A DNA stretch of 64,000 nt, taken from positions 15,376,001-15,440,000 of the forward strand of contig CM106586.1 in assembly GCA_048013815.1 (NCBI GenBank), in the 5' to 3' direction. Positions 36,349 to 48,121 of this stretch are shown here, piece after piece. The notes under the pieces were generated by a model. It was not told the DNA's origin and ran no database searches. It saw only the letters and a program-made list of their open reading frames with translations. Source of the stretch: Setoptus koraiensis (lineage: Eukaryota > Animalia > Arthropoda). Position 1 is the stretch's first letter, and every line of letters begins with the position of its first letter. Made by a program: the position numbers and the translations under genes.

Positions 36349-38529
36349 GTCAGTACATAGCCATCGTGGGTTTGATTTGCTAAAATTAAATTATAGTAGT
36401 CACGTTCTGGATAACAACACGAGTTATAATAATAAATTTATTAATCCTAAGGCCACTTCCTACGTACAATTGTTAGTAAAGCCAGAATGATGACGATGAC
36501 TGAAAATTGAAAGGAAGTGAACTGATGAGAATGTCTCACTGGCAGTGAAATTCCACAATAATCGTTATCGAAAAACATGTGCTCTTTCGCTCTGTGCCAC
36601 TTTTGACGTTATTCTGTGCAACGCGTCATTCGCACGCCTCGTGTGCCCGAGCGGCAAAGCAACTCGCCCGGAGGCTCACAGGCTACGCCCCTTTTCCGCA
36701 CCCGGACACGCCTCTTTGCCCAGATCTACCCACACTTGCATTGCTTTGTTTATAATTAGGTTTATAATTAGGTCTCACTAATTGGATTGTTGTTGTGTGT
36801 TTGTTTGCATTCTCTCTCCCGTCTTGTTAGTCAACAAGTTGCATGTTGGCGTGGCTCCTCGGACTGATCGGAAAGCTGCTGATCTGCTGATGGTTTTAAG
36901 CCCCCATTTCTCCCCATTCCCACCAAATCTCCCGAAATATGAAGAGAAAGAGAAACCCAGATTGCAGAAAAAAAAACGCGACTAACCAGGAACTTCACAG
37001 ACATTTTGGGGCTTATCTGTCTTCGTCAAAAGGCTGCTGAATTTCAGTCTTTACGGCTGCTCTCGTTTCACACTGCCCATTGGCGACAGTTCTCCAGCTT
37101 AGGTATCAAATGGATATCAGTATTTCACACACACGCTTTGCGAACTATCATCGTCAGAACAAACCGGAAATAAATTGGTATGCTCGAGAATATCGACATC
37201 ACAGAGACAGGGATTCTGACAAGTTTAATGAAGCACCTAATCACTCAGTAGACCTTCATGACTCGCTAAGACAAATGTTTCGATAATATTTTTGTATCTG
37301 GCGTCTTCAATCAACTGTGTGAACTTGAATTAGTTTAGATGAGCGCACCAGTGCTGATTCTACGGTGACCATGAGGCACGCGTAAAAACACATAAGACAT
37401 AACCACCAGAGTACATCCACCAGTATTGATTGACTATGGAATCCAAGAAACTTATACGCTGGTTACAAGTAACATATTTAGCTCGGGTTTACCCATACCT
37501 AAAAAATATCATAGCTAAAAGGTTCGAAATTGGATTGCCGAGCTAGCGAAAAAGAACGTGGCCAAGATTTGGCTTTTGCTACAGACAATGACCGGCTGAA
37601 AGATGTCGTAAAGCTATGTTGAGACTCTCATAGCAAAGGGAAATTAATAGTACACTAGAGGCGTTAGTGCACTGACATCAAAGATACGGTTGCCAGTTAT
37701 AGTTGCCATCAACTCGTGGCATCTCAAGAGCAAAGTTCGAGAGTTCACATCAGAGATGATACGACACTAGTTAGACGACAATAACAGTTTTGTTTTGCAT
37801 TGCATATTTCATTTAATATAAATTTTTCAATTAATCTATCGCGTAAGATAACTATCATTTACTTATCATTATTATGTAACAAGTAGCAACTGCGAATTGC
37901 GACAAGTAACTCACTATAAAGTCTAAATGCCTTAATAATCAACAAAAGTGAGAGCTATAAGGTCATCGAGGTCACACTCCCTTTTGCAAGATATTATAGC
38001 TTGTGCGATATAATATGTTGCGTATTTGTTTATGGTATGCTGTTCCTATTGCTGTTGTTGTTGTTGTTGCCGTTTTATGTTAAATTATTGCTGTTTTATG
38101 TTGGGCTGTTGTTGTTGTGCTGTTGTTGTTTTCTGTTGCCGTTGTTGTTGTTGATGCTTGGGGTGTGGTAGTGGTGGTGTGGTGCTAGTATAGACTGTCT
38201 TTGAACTTGAAAGACGTCGTGCAATGTGTTCAACTTTGGTGGGCGCCAAGTATATTATCATGTATGAACTGATCACAATTGAATTTCTTTCAGCCTCTCC
38301 TTCCATTTCTTATTTGCTGCTGTGTTCCATGGTTATGTAATAACCATGATGCACTCATGTGACATCGGAGTGTCAACTGGCAGCTCCTGTTTCTCAAGTA
38401 TTATGTACACAACAAATGTTGTAGCTGTTTGAACTTGATAGTGATTGTCGTCTGAAACAACTAATTAATAGACTAGCGTACCATTGTGCTCGGCTAAAGT
38501 GCAAGTTGCATTGGCTAGATGGTTGCTGT

Positions 38530-40901
38530 TCATCCTAAATGACGACTCCTTGCACCGTACAGACAAAATGTTATCAATCCTTGTCCATAATCCAAGCCAA
38601 TAGTGAGAATTTCTAATTGTCTATATGTACCAAAAGGTTGGTTTTGTAACAATTTTTGTAATGTTACAGACAAATTCATTGCCATGGCCATCATCATGAA
38701 TATGGCCAGCGCCGAATGTCTAACAAGATCCTCAATGAAACCGTCCTCTTCTTCGCCGGCTTCCGTTGGCGGCGGATCTAGATGATTGTTTGAGCAACAT
38801 GTTATTGTCGGTGTGTTGTATTGAGTCAGTCTACTAATCGGATGATAATTTGTTGACAGGCTAGATTGGTGGTCAATTTGATTGTTGTTTGTAATGGTGG
38901 TTGTGCAATAGTCGTCACTAAAGGCATAGTTATCAACGCCCAAGGGATAATTGTTGTGCAAATTTTGTCTTTTAGTATTTTGTCTATTATTGAGACGCGC
39001 TCTTAGCGAGCTCAAATGGTGACTGCTTTTCTCTCTAACTTTGCCACGACTATATTCATTATCCTGTTGTTTACAGTTGACATGATTGTTGTTGTTGATG
39101 ATGTTGTTGTTGTTGATGCTGTTGCAATTCAATTGCTGCGTGCTCTTTGTTACTGTTGTTGTCCTGTTTTGACTATGAGATCTTTGGGCTGCTTGTTTGT
39201 TGTTGACGCCATTGTTGTTGTCGTCATCAACAGTGGTGGTGGTGGTGGCGGTAGTGGTGGTGTTATTGTTGTCATCGTTAGGCGATATTTTAGAAACTTT
39301 CGCTGATGTTGTTGATGTTGTTATCGCTGTTAAGTTGTCTCTATTAAGCGATTCATTGGATGAGCTTATGTTTGATTGGCTTGTCTGATCGGAGCTTGTC
39401 TCGGGCAACAACAGTATTCTTCTGCGTGATATATTCTTTGATCTAATTGTTGCAGCAAACATCGCTATAGATAGGCTAAACACCACTATTGTGAATACCA
39501 ATCTTATATATAGTGATAATTCTTTTGTTGGCACGCACGATTCAATTGGAACATGATCTAATCGTGTTGAATCATATAGGAAAAATGTGAAACTAACTAT
39601 GGCTGTCACCACAATAGAAGTCGTTAATTTTTTTGACATTGCTAAAGCAAAATAACGCCCGCGATATCTGACAGCGGCCAATGTTGCTATGAGACACAAT
39701 GCAACATATCTGGTTATAATGAGACCTGTTGACGCCATGACGTAATGCAACGTGTACAATACTCTCAGTAACACGGGAGCAGTGGTTCTGGCCACCGTTG
39801 TTGTCGTTAGTTGTTGCTGTTGTTGCGCCAAAGCTAGTGATTGTTGCATGGAATCAATGGGATACCACATGATACCGCCAAATGCCAAAATCAACTGGGC
39901 GACTATTAATATGACGATAAATTTACGCGTTGTTTTTTGACCCGGCTCACTTCCGGTGCTTACGTTACTAAGTGAGTGGCGTTGTGATTTTTGTAACAAA
40001 ATCATCGCTAGCAATGTGACTAGTGAACATATTATTGTGACGACACTTGCTATTTCCATTGTTTGCGATATCATGTACTCAATGGTGATCAATTTGATCG
40101 ATTTGGCCGTCTTGATAAACGCAGCCGAGGCTAACATCAACGGAGCGGACAAGAATGTGCTCAGCACCATGCTGATGGATATGACATTTGGCAAGACATT
40201 GTACTGATTGGCTATAATGAAGGCCGTAGGCGCTGTGGGGAATGTTCCATACAGGAAGGCAAAGTCTGTCATTGCCCACTTGTCGTCCATAATGGGACTT
40301 GCGGAGAATTTGCCAACAATAATTCGCATCACCAATGGCAACACCATGGCTTTGGCCAACACCAACACCGACGACAATATTAAATCAGAGGAATTGTTTA
40401 AAAATAAATTGAACTTCCCCGCCATAGATAAACCAATCAAAAACAGCGCTGGCGCTGCAAAGGAAGCGGCCAAAGCATATATCACCTTGGTGGCAAACAA
40501 CGGCAACTTGGGCCCATAGGTTAAATTGAGTGTAAGCGCACTCAACGAAGCCATTATAAGCGGATTAGTCAATAGTGATCGTATAAACAATGTGTTGTCC
40601 GAAGTGATGAAATATCTAATTGGAATCACCACTAAATACACTGTCACTTGTTTGATTGTTGAGGCCAATCTATTGATATTGTATATAAACCAGTTGGACG
40701 AATTAAAAGTGGCCCCGCTATTGCTAGATGCTGCATCATCGTAGTCGAGCCCATTAACCATTGATTTCCTGGTGCTGTTGTTGTTGCTGTTGTGGCAATT
40801 GTTGTTTCTGGCATTTTCCTTAATGGTTGCATCATCATGGTAACCCTTGACCGTGACCACAACGCCGTAGTCGAACGCTTCGTCACCGGAACCTGTTGAG
40901 C
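38530..40901 (-). CDS. GPR155: GPR155/LYCHOS exon 2: rest of transporter domain, GPCR-like helices and large N/T/Q-rich loop; ends without a DEP domain
   Basis: NPLIMAS, FAAPALFLIGLSMAGK, FAFLYGTFPTAPTAFIIANQY, STFLSAPLM and final helix DYGQGLITFCLYG are all GPR155-like. Confidence 0.88.
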
Positions 40902-41003
40902 CTGACAGTATACGCCAATATAGGTTTTAGTCAGTCGGTCAGGGCAATTATCACAATCATTGTCAGCATAAAAGATGTCATAATCACTGCTGTCTCTACT
41001 CAC
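40902..41003 (-). other. 102-nt GT-AG intron of GPR155 (alternative acceptor 9 nt downstream gives 111 nt)
   Basis: GTGAGT...CTGTCAG, with an in-frame TAG just after the donor. Removing it joins the two long ORFs in frame: 1009+2372=3381 nt, 1126 aa. Confidence 0.82.
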
Positions 41004-42012
41004 CTTGAATTTTAGTTGTTTGTTTGGTGCCATTGGTGCCGTTGTCGGCTGATGGTCCTGTTCCAATGTCACCCTTGTTGTCGTTGTTATCGATGTTGTT
41101 TTTTGCATTGCGTTGTTTAATTGCGCCTACATCGACTACATTGTTGGCCTCTGGATTGAAATCGTCATTATCTACGGACTGTTTGTCGGCGACGTTCCCG
41201 GAGTCCTGTCGTTGTTGTTGTTGTTCTTGTTGCTGTAATGTTGTTGTGTTGTGCGACTGTCTCGATTTGTTATATTCCAACATGGCAATACCAATAGGAT
41301 TCAGCACTATCAGTTGTATGGGCGCCATCAAATTCAAATAATCAATCATTTCAGTGTGCATAGTGTTATATAGTGATTTGACTAACGGATAACCCAGGGC
41401 AAAGTCGTTGCTTTGTGTGGCAAATATTGATAGGGCGCCAGCGTAGCCTAAATTACTGGGCGAGCTAACTATTAGTGTAATTGTTGCCACTATTATAAAT
41501 ATTATTATTTTTGATATAAACATACATACTAAAAAGGACCAATTAATACCACTAAAATCAATTTGGGCAATATTAGAGAATATTACCGCGGGCAAAGCGA
41601 ACCAAGCCAGATAATTGCTCAGATCCTTGGCCGATCTAGACACTAATTTTGTTCTGCCAGACAGGTAGCCTAGTGCAATAATTAAAAAGCATTCTATTAA
41701 AACAGATAATAAATCTTGGATGCAGGGTATCTCTAGATTCACATTTGGCTGGATATATTGAGTGTGATTCGTATTATATAATAATTGTTGTTGTTGCTGT
41801 TGTTGTTGTTGAGATGCGGGTAATGTGTGTGTGTTATTATGATTATACGAGTTGGTGGGAATATTCGTGTGCTCTAAAACAACAATATTTGAGCTAGTAT
41901 TTGGTGCGGTTATAATTTGTTTGTTGTTGCTGTTGTTGTTGCTGGTGTCAATAATATTATTGTTTGACGCTAGCAAATCATTAACATAGGCCGTCATGTT
42001 CGATGATGCCAT
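41004..42012 (-). CDS. GPR155: GPR155/LYCHOS (Drosophila anchor) exon 1: low-complexity N-terminus and first half of the PIN-like transporter domain
   Basis: LIECFLIIALGYLSGR, FALPAVIF, IFATQSNDFALGYP and LNPIG match GPR155. First ATG is at 42012 (the ORF track starts at an upstream TTG). Phase-1 donor CAAG/GTGAGT at 41004/41003. An upstream exon cannot be excluded. Confidence 0.88.
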
Positions 42013-43662
42013 GCTGACAACATCGGCTGCCAATTGGACAGGTAGTACGGCCGACTAATGACAGTCACTAATGACAATAACTGGCCTTTTGCGAATGCTC
42101 CAATTCAATTTGTTGTTTCTAATCGGTTGTTATTATATATTATCCTTTGCGTCTCATTTGATGTGTCTATGACTGACTCGATGACTGTATCGACTTGCAA
42201 CGGGCATTCAATGGTCGTCGGCAATCGATACCATGGGCCGATGATTTATTTGATATTTAGCTAGTGAAAATGTTGGATCTAGAGAAAATCGTTCCGTTTT
42301 GTTGTTTGCCTCTAAAAGCGCCATGAGCATAGTGTGTTGTGTATCAATAATATTAATAATAATCATTTGTTGTTGTTTCAATAGCAGTGGGCCACTCGAT
42401 AGCGTGGTGCGTGTGCCCGTCATCATGTTGCTCTCTCCGGTGAGTCATTGAATGAATGTAACGCGATTAATTGATAATTGTTGTTGTTGTTCAATATTAA
42501 TTTATAACAGTTTAATAATTATAATACTGTAACTGTGGCGATAATACATTAGATAACATAGATATATTGTCGTTTGATTGCAATTAATGTAGGCTGAACG
42601 ATGTAAACACGATCTGCATCTCACACCCTATAAAAAGTGGCCGCATTGGTGTAACGCTGTCAGAGGTTGGCGCCAGCCTGCTGTCGAACACTTGTTGTTC
42701 AAAAAAGAGCGCCAAAAGTGCAGCGGGTTACGCGACCAATTTGAGCTTGTGCCGCTAACCAAGCCAACGCAATCGCAATTGCGGATACACAGTTAATTAA
42801 TAATTGATTAATTAATACAATTTATATAATTTTCATATAATTATTAAATATGAAATTTTCGTAGTTCGCTCATGCAACGATTTGCGTAACGCACACGATG
42901 ATATGATTTGTATGATAACCAGCTGCTCTTGTTCGCTTGGTTTAATTGTTGTGCATATATATGTAAGAAAATGATGATATATTTGTGGCTTATGGCTTGC
43001 TGATATATTGCCGTGTGCGTGACTATTCGTGTTACAATTGAAAAGGTAGTTGACGAAATTCGATGCGATTTGCATAGAGTTGTTACGACAACTAAATGTG
43101 CGCTATGGAAACTACTGTTGATGAATCGGTTGGCTCAACAGATTGACAGGTTTTGTTGCTCTTGATTTGTTTGTTCGCTTTTGTTTGTCACTAGATTGGT
43201 ATTATTAGAATCACACGCTGTTGGCTGTATTAATTTTTCAATATCTGGCAATTCCAATTCGACAACTTACATCATCACTACACTTGGGTGTTGTTATTGT
43301 TGCTGTTTTTGCCGTTGTTGTTGCTGTTGTTGTTGTTGCTGTTTTGCTGTTGTTGTTGTTGGTGGTGTCGTTGATGTCGTACCACTGACATTGTTCGTGT
43401 TTGGCTTGCTTGTGGGTGAACTATGCGCTCTTGAATCTAATAATAAACTCCTTCTAGTGTGTTTTGTGCACCCCTGTTCACATTCACTGGATTCGTCATT
43501 GCGTTACTATGTTCACCGTGATGACGATGTATATCTGTATCTCGCTGTGTGTCTCGTTGCATTATTATTGTATCACTAAATATCTCACTATGTCTCTCAC
43601 TGTGGCTCACTGCGGTGTCTCGGTATCTCCGCAAATCTGTCTATGTTATCCACGGCAAGCTT

Positions 43663-43663
<1 letters not shown>

Positions 43664-43754
<91 letters not shown>
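43664..43754. repeat. (CA)45 microsatellite
   Basis: Direct reading. Confidence 0.97.
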
Positions 43755-43756
<2 letters not shown>

Positions 43757-45107
43757 AGTCTTGCTAGTTTGTATCAAGTAGTGTGATGCTATTTACACGA
43801 CTCGAAGAGCGCAGGGGAAAGAGCTGGCTGCTTCCAAAAGTAGCTTACTCGCTAACTCGCTGGCTGGCTGGCTTGCTGGCTGGCTTGCTGGATAGACGGA
43901 TAGATGGCTGGCTCACTCGCTGGCTGGCTGGCTGGCGTGACGACGGTGACGAACACGATGGCGCAATCTTGTTATAATCATCGTGCCTGTGTTGCCTACC
44001 CCTGTTGCTGCTGCTACTGCTGCTCTGTTTGTGGGGTACGAAGGAAAGTGCCCTGATGCACACATATTACATAATGATTATTCAGAGCTGTTTCAATTAT
44101 CAATTCACTCGACATTTTCGCTCGACTTTTGGGCAAATCTTTTGGCCCAAACAGGTACCATTGAGTCAGTTAGTTGAGGCACATACACTCACAAGTTGTA
44201 GCTATCGCTGGCGAGTCACAGTGCCAGTCAATGTGTCATAGGTAGTAGAAGGAGTAGCACAAGTGTAACACATGCTAATACCTTGGTTGTGTGTGTGTGT
44301 GTAACAACAAAAATAGTGTAAAAGTTGTCAAGTTGCAACAAATAGTGATAGTTCGTTCAGGCGATTGCATAATAATATAATATATTATATGTAATATGCG
44401 TTCGTTTGTTTGTTTATTCGTTTGTTTGTGTAATGTGCTATCCTCCGGTGGCATCTTACAAACGAATTGGTCGCTTCTTCGTTTCTTCGTCTGGCGTCGT
44501 CTCATTGATCAGTCGAGAGATTCGCTCGACACTCTCGAGTCGAGAGATTCGCTCGACACTCTCGAGTCGAGAGTGTGCTCGGCGCCGAAGCAAGAAACGA
44601 AATGGCGAAAATGGTAAAAGTGGCCGAAAGAAGAGGGAGAGAGAGTGACATCAATGACATCACTCGAGCTGCCTGAGTTACCAGCGAGCGAGCGTTATTG
44701 GGCTGACCCATCGAGTCGTCGCTGCTAATGAAGAAAATTAATCACGTTCAATGTTGCCAGCCATAACTGACAGTTGTGAGCGAGCCAGTTGCCAGCCCAT
44801 AGTGAATCGTCATCATTATCATTATATCATTATATCATTATAAATGTTGTTGTTGATTATCAATAGCTCATAAGGCGAGCATCGCAAATAGCATCACTGC
44901 CAGTGCTATGTTTTACTATATCACAATATCCACCATGTTACAATATCGCCATGTTACAATATCAGCATGTTACAATATCAGCATGTTAGTATATCGGTAT
45001 AAACTAGACTTGTCGAGTTTGTAGTAACATTGCAACAAGTTATGAATGGCGCACAAATATGATAATTAGACAATACCTATGATTATGTAATGGTTTTTGT
45101 TTGTTCA

Positions 45108-45149
<42 letters not shown>
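45108..45149. repeat. (CAT)14 microsatellite
   Basis: Direct reading. Confidence 0.95.
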
Positions 45150-45150
<1 letters not shown>

Positions 45151-46580
45151 GGTATTACGTATGCAGGATTGTTCAGCCAACAATCTGCCAGTTGAGGATT
45201 ATATAAGGAGTATTATGTAATTCGATTAGCGATGTGTGTTGATCGCAAGCAACAATTGTCAGTTGTATCCATACAAATATGAATATGAATGTGCAATGTC
45301 GAAGGAGATTTTCACTTTTTGTTTGTTCACTGGAAATCTTAATCAACTTGCCATGGATGATTTATGATGATCAATCAAATGTCACACCAACTAACATTGG
45401 CCCAACGACGTCATCTCTTGCTCGCTCTCGCTCCTTCTGTCGCCATCTCGCCGAGGTAATTAACTTTTAATCAATCTTGTTTTCATTCCCTGTCTATCTC
45501 GACATGACAACAGCAACAACAATGCAACAACACATTCAACAACAAACAGCAATCAATGCAGTCTCAATTGACAAGAGATAAAACATTACGTTACATGTAA
45601 TATCTAGATGTAATCGAGATAATAGGTGGTCGTCGTAGCGCTCATTGTCAGTGCATGCCGGTTAGGCAACTCACGCTCAACAAAAAGAAATCTCTCTCTG
45701 TGTGTGCGATGATGATTTAATACGGATACAACAACAATTGGCGCTAATTGTTTAAGATCAACTAAAGCATTACCGGTATGCGCTCGTTAGGCTATCTCGT
45801 CATGTTATGCGATATTGACGCCACACAATTGTCGATGGTTGTGCGACTACATGTTCACCTTCACCTGACGATATCGATACCATTACCATTATCATTATTG
45901 GCAGCAAATCTGGCGAAAACCTGAATCTGTCTTCCTAACAACTCAATGAGCGTTTTTCGGCAACGTCTAAATGTCTGTGTATAATTGAGCGTTCGAACGT
46001 CTCAATGTTTGGATGCTCGAACGTTGTTGCCGTTGCTGTTGTTGTTGTCGCTGTTGTCGCTGTTCTTAAATTTGTTACCAATTAATCACATGACATTTTG
46101 CCATTCCAACTCGCACAACAAATATTGTTTGCCAAGCTAACAGTAGGGCACACGCTTTTGGCGCTCGGAGGCCCTCGTTCGGCACAACAAGCAACAACAG
46201 GTGACCAGTTGCGCGATCAACGAAAGGTCGGCCCAAAGTTGCTCACTGTGTGTCTACTGTCACACCTGTCCTCGGTAAATGCAATCAAAACAAAACAAAA
46301 ACAAAACAAAAAACAATCTTACCTGTGCTAATTGAACAAAACATTGTTCCGTGCTAGTCGTTACAACCGTATACTATGTTCTCATGTATACTTACATAAG
46401 CACGTTGATATCATGTGATCGAGCCAGTGATCAGAGTCTGATGATCAGACACACAACGGGCATGGTAATGACGTAAGCACGACGAAATTTAAATCGATTT
46501 TATCAATAAATGAGTCATGTCCGCCAAATATGATATTGACGCGTTATAATTATAACACCGATGCAACGGTACATCACAAC

Positions 46581-46586
46581 TTTATT
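46581..46586 (-). terminator. Polyadenylation signal AATAAA of copy A (paralogous site 48014-48019)
   Basis: Canonical hexamer 85 nt past the stop codon, conserved in both copies. Confidence 0.65.
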
Positions 46587-46670
46587 GATTCAACAGCGAT
46601 ACAACCATAAACAAACGTTTGCGCTCATGAGGCGTCAATCGGATGCCAGTCGGAATCTCCGAGAAGTTTA

Positions 46671-47384
46671 TCATTTTTGAGTGCGATTCTCATCGAAAGG
46701 GTAGCGCCATGCCCTAAACTTACGTTCGGTCACTTGCGACCATTCAAATCTAATTAGTTCGGGCATTTCAAAAAGTGTCTCAGTAATTAAATGACAGACC
46801 ATTGCGGCCGAATAATACGGCGCAATGGACTGGCTACTAGTGATGACGAGCTTATTGAACTGTTCATCGGTAACATTCTCCGCTTTGGCTATCTTCAAAA
46901 GATCCACGGCGTGTGGCAAAAAGAGAGGTCTGCACAATTCTCTCACTCCTATGACATACGCATCTCCCGGTTCGCCTAGTAGCTTGACTAATTTGTTGTT
47001 GCTCTTCCAATATTCGTTGAGATTATATGTAAATTGGGCCTTCGAACGTTCATAGCCTCTATGCATGCCAGCAATAAGACGAGTGACCTTTTCCATGTCA
47101 ATCTTCTTAGATGTAGGTTTTCCTCTGAGCACTTGTAATATTTTCATCAATTCCCTTGGCCAATGCTGACTCTTACTTTGCAGATAAGCCTCACTGCTGT
47201 GACCAGTTTTCGCTTTGAGCTTCGACATGAGATTGTATTCACTATTGTACCATCTCTCAACATGATCGTTGATGTCATGTATTTTTTTCAAAAATCGTTC
47301 TTGTCCACTTACCATTGCACAGTTTAAACTCATGGCCAACATAAGAGCCCCAAGAGCAATACCTATGACCTTGAATGGATGCAT
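46671..47384 (-). CDS. Unrecognised secreted protein, copy A, 237 aa, single exon
   Basis: True ATG at 47384 (ORF track starts at a TTG 12 nt earlier). Hydrophobic signal-peptide-like N-terminus ending VSG-QE. Same length as and 178/237 identical to copy B by hand alignment. AATAAA at 46586-46581 on the minus strand. Confidence 0.85.
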   Translation of the reverse strand: MHPFKVIGIALGALMLAMSLNCAMVSGQERFLKKIHDINDHVERWYNSEYNLMSKLKAKTGHSSEAYLQSKSQHWPRELMKILQVLRGKPTSKKIDMEKVTRLIAGMHRGYERSKAQFTYNLNEYWKSNNKLVKLLGEPGDAYVIGVRELCRPLFLPHAVDLLKIAKAENVTDEQFNKLVITSSQSIAPYYSAAMVCHLITETLFEMPELIRFEWSQVTERKFRAWRYPFDENRTQK

Positions 47385-48121
47385 TCTAGAAATCAATCAG
47401 AGCGCGCCGATTAAAATATCTATTTCAATTAATTTATTTCAATTAATTCAAAATTTCAATTTTTATTTTCTAGCTTTCGCTTGCACTATGTGATGCAATA
47501 TGTTCAAAGCATTTGTGAGCGTTCTATTGGACAGATTTTGCGCAACGAGTCTATTAATATTTTCTCTCGAATCCAGTGGAGAAAACATTCTTTAGCGACT
47601 CTTCCTCTGCGTATTGGTGCTGGGGAAAGTTTATTATTAGATCAACCCTCCAGCAATGTGGCTTCATCGATGCACTCGCTCATGAACGATCTCATGATGG
47701 ATATATATAGAGATCTCGCTGTATTTATTACGCTAAAAATCATCGATCAACCAAACAACCAAAATCTGCACGATATCTCTGACATATTTTTCTCCCCCAA
47801 ATGCATCATCGGTGGTTGTAAGGGGGACAAGTGTGAATTCGAACGGATGTTCTCATTCCAGAAAATACGAAGAAATATCTCGATTTTTTCGCACAAGTTG
47901 GGAACAAGCCCAGAGTTTTCTTCTAGATAGATTTCATCAATTAATGAGTCATGTCCGCCGAATATGATATCGACGCGTTATAATATAACACCGATGCAAC
48001 GGTACAATACAACTTTATTGATTCAACAGCGATATAACGATGAACAAACTTCGGCGCCAATGGAGCCTCTTTAGCTGCAAATCGGAACCTCAGAGAAGTT
48101 TAACATTCTTTGGTGCAATTC

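Noticed and set aside
36642-36700. tRNA D-arm-like GTGTGCCCGAGCGGCAAAG
   Set aside because: No T-loop (GTTCRA), anticodon arm or acceptor stem.
36897-37015. TAAGCCCC...GGGGCTTA inverted pair resembling the RNase MRP/P P4 helix
   Set aside because: Spacing is only about 100 nt, CR-I consensus is absent and the interior is low-complexity.
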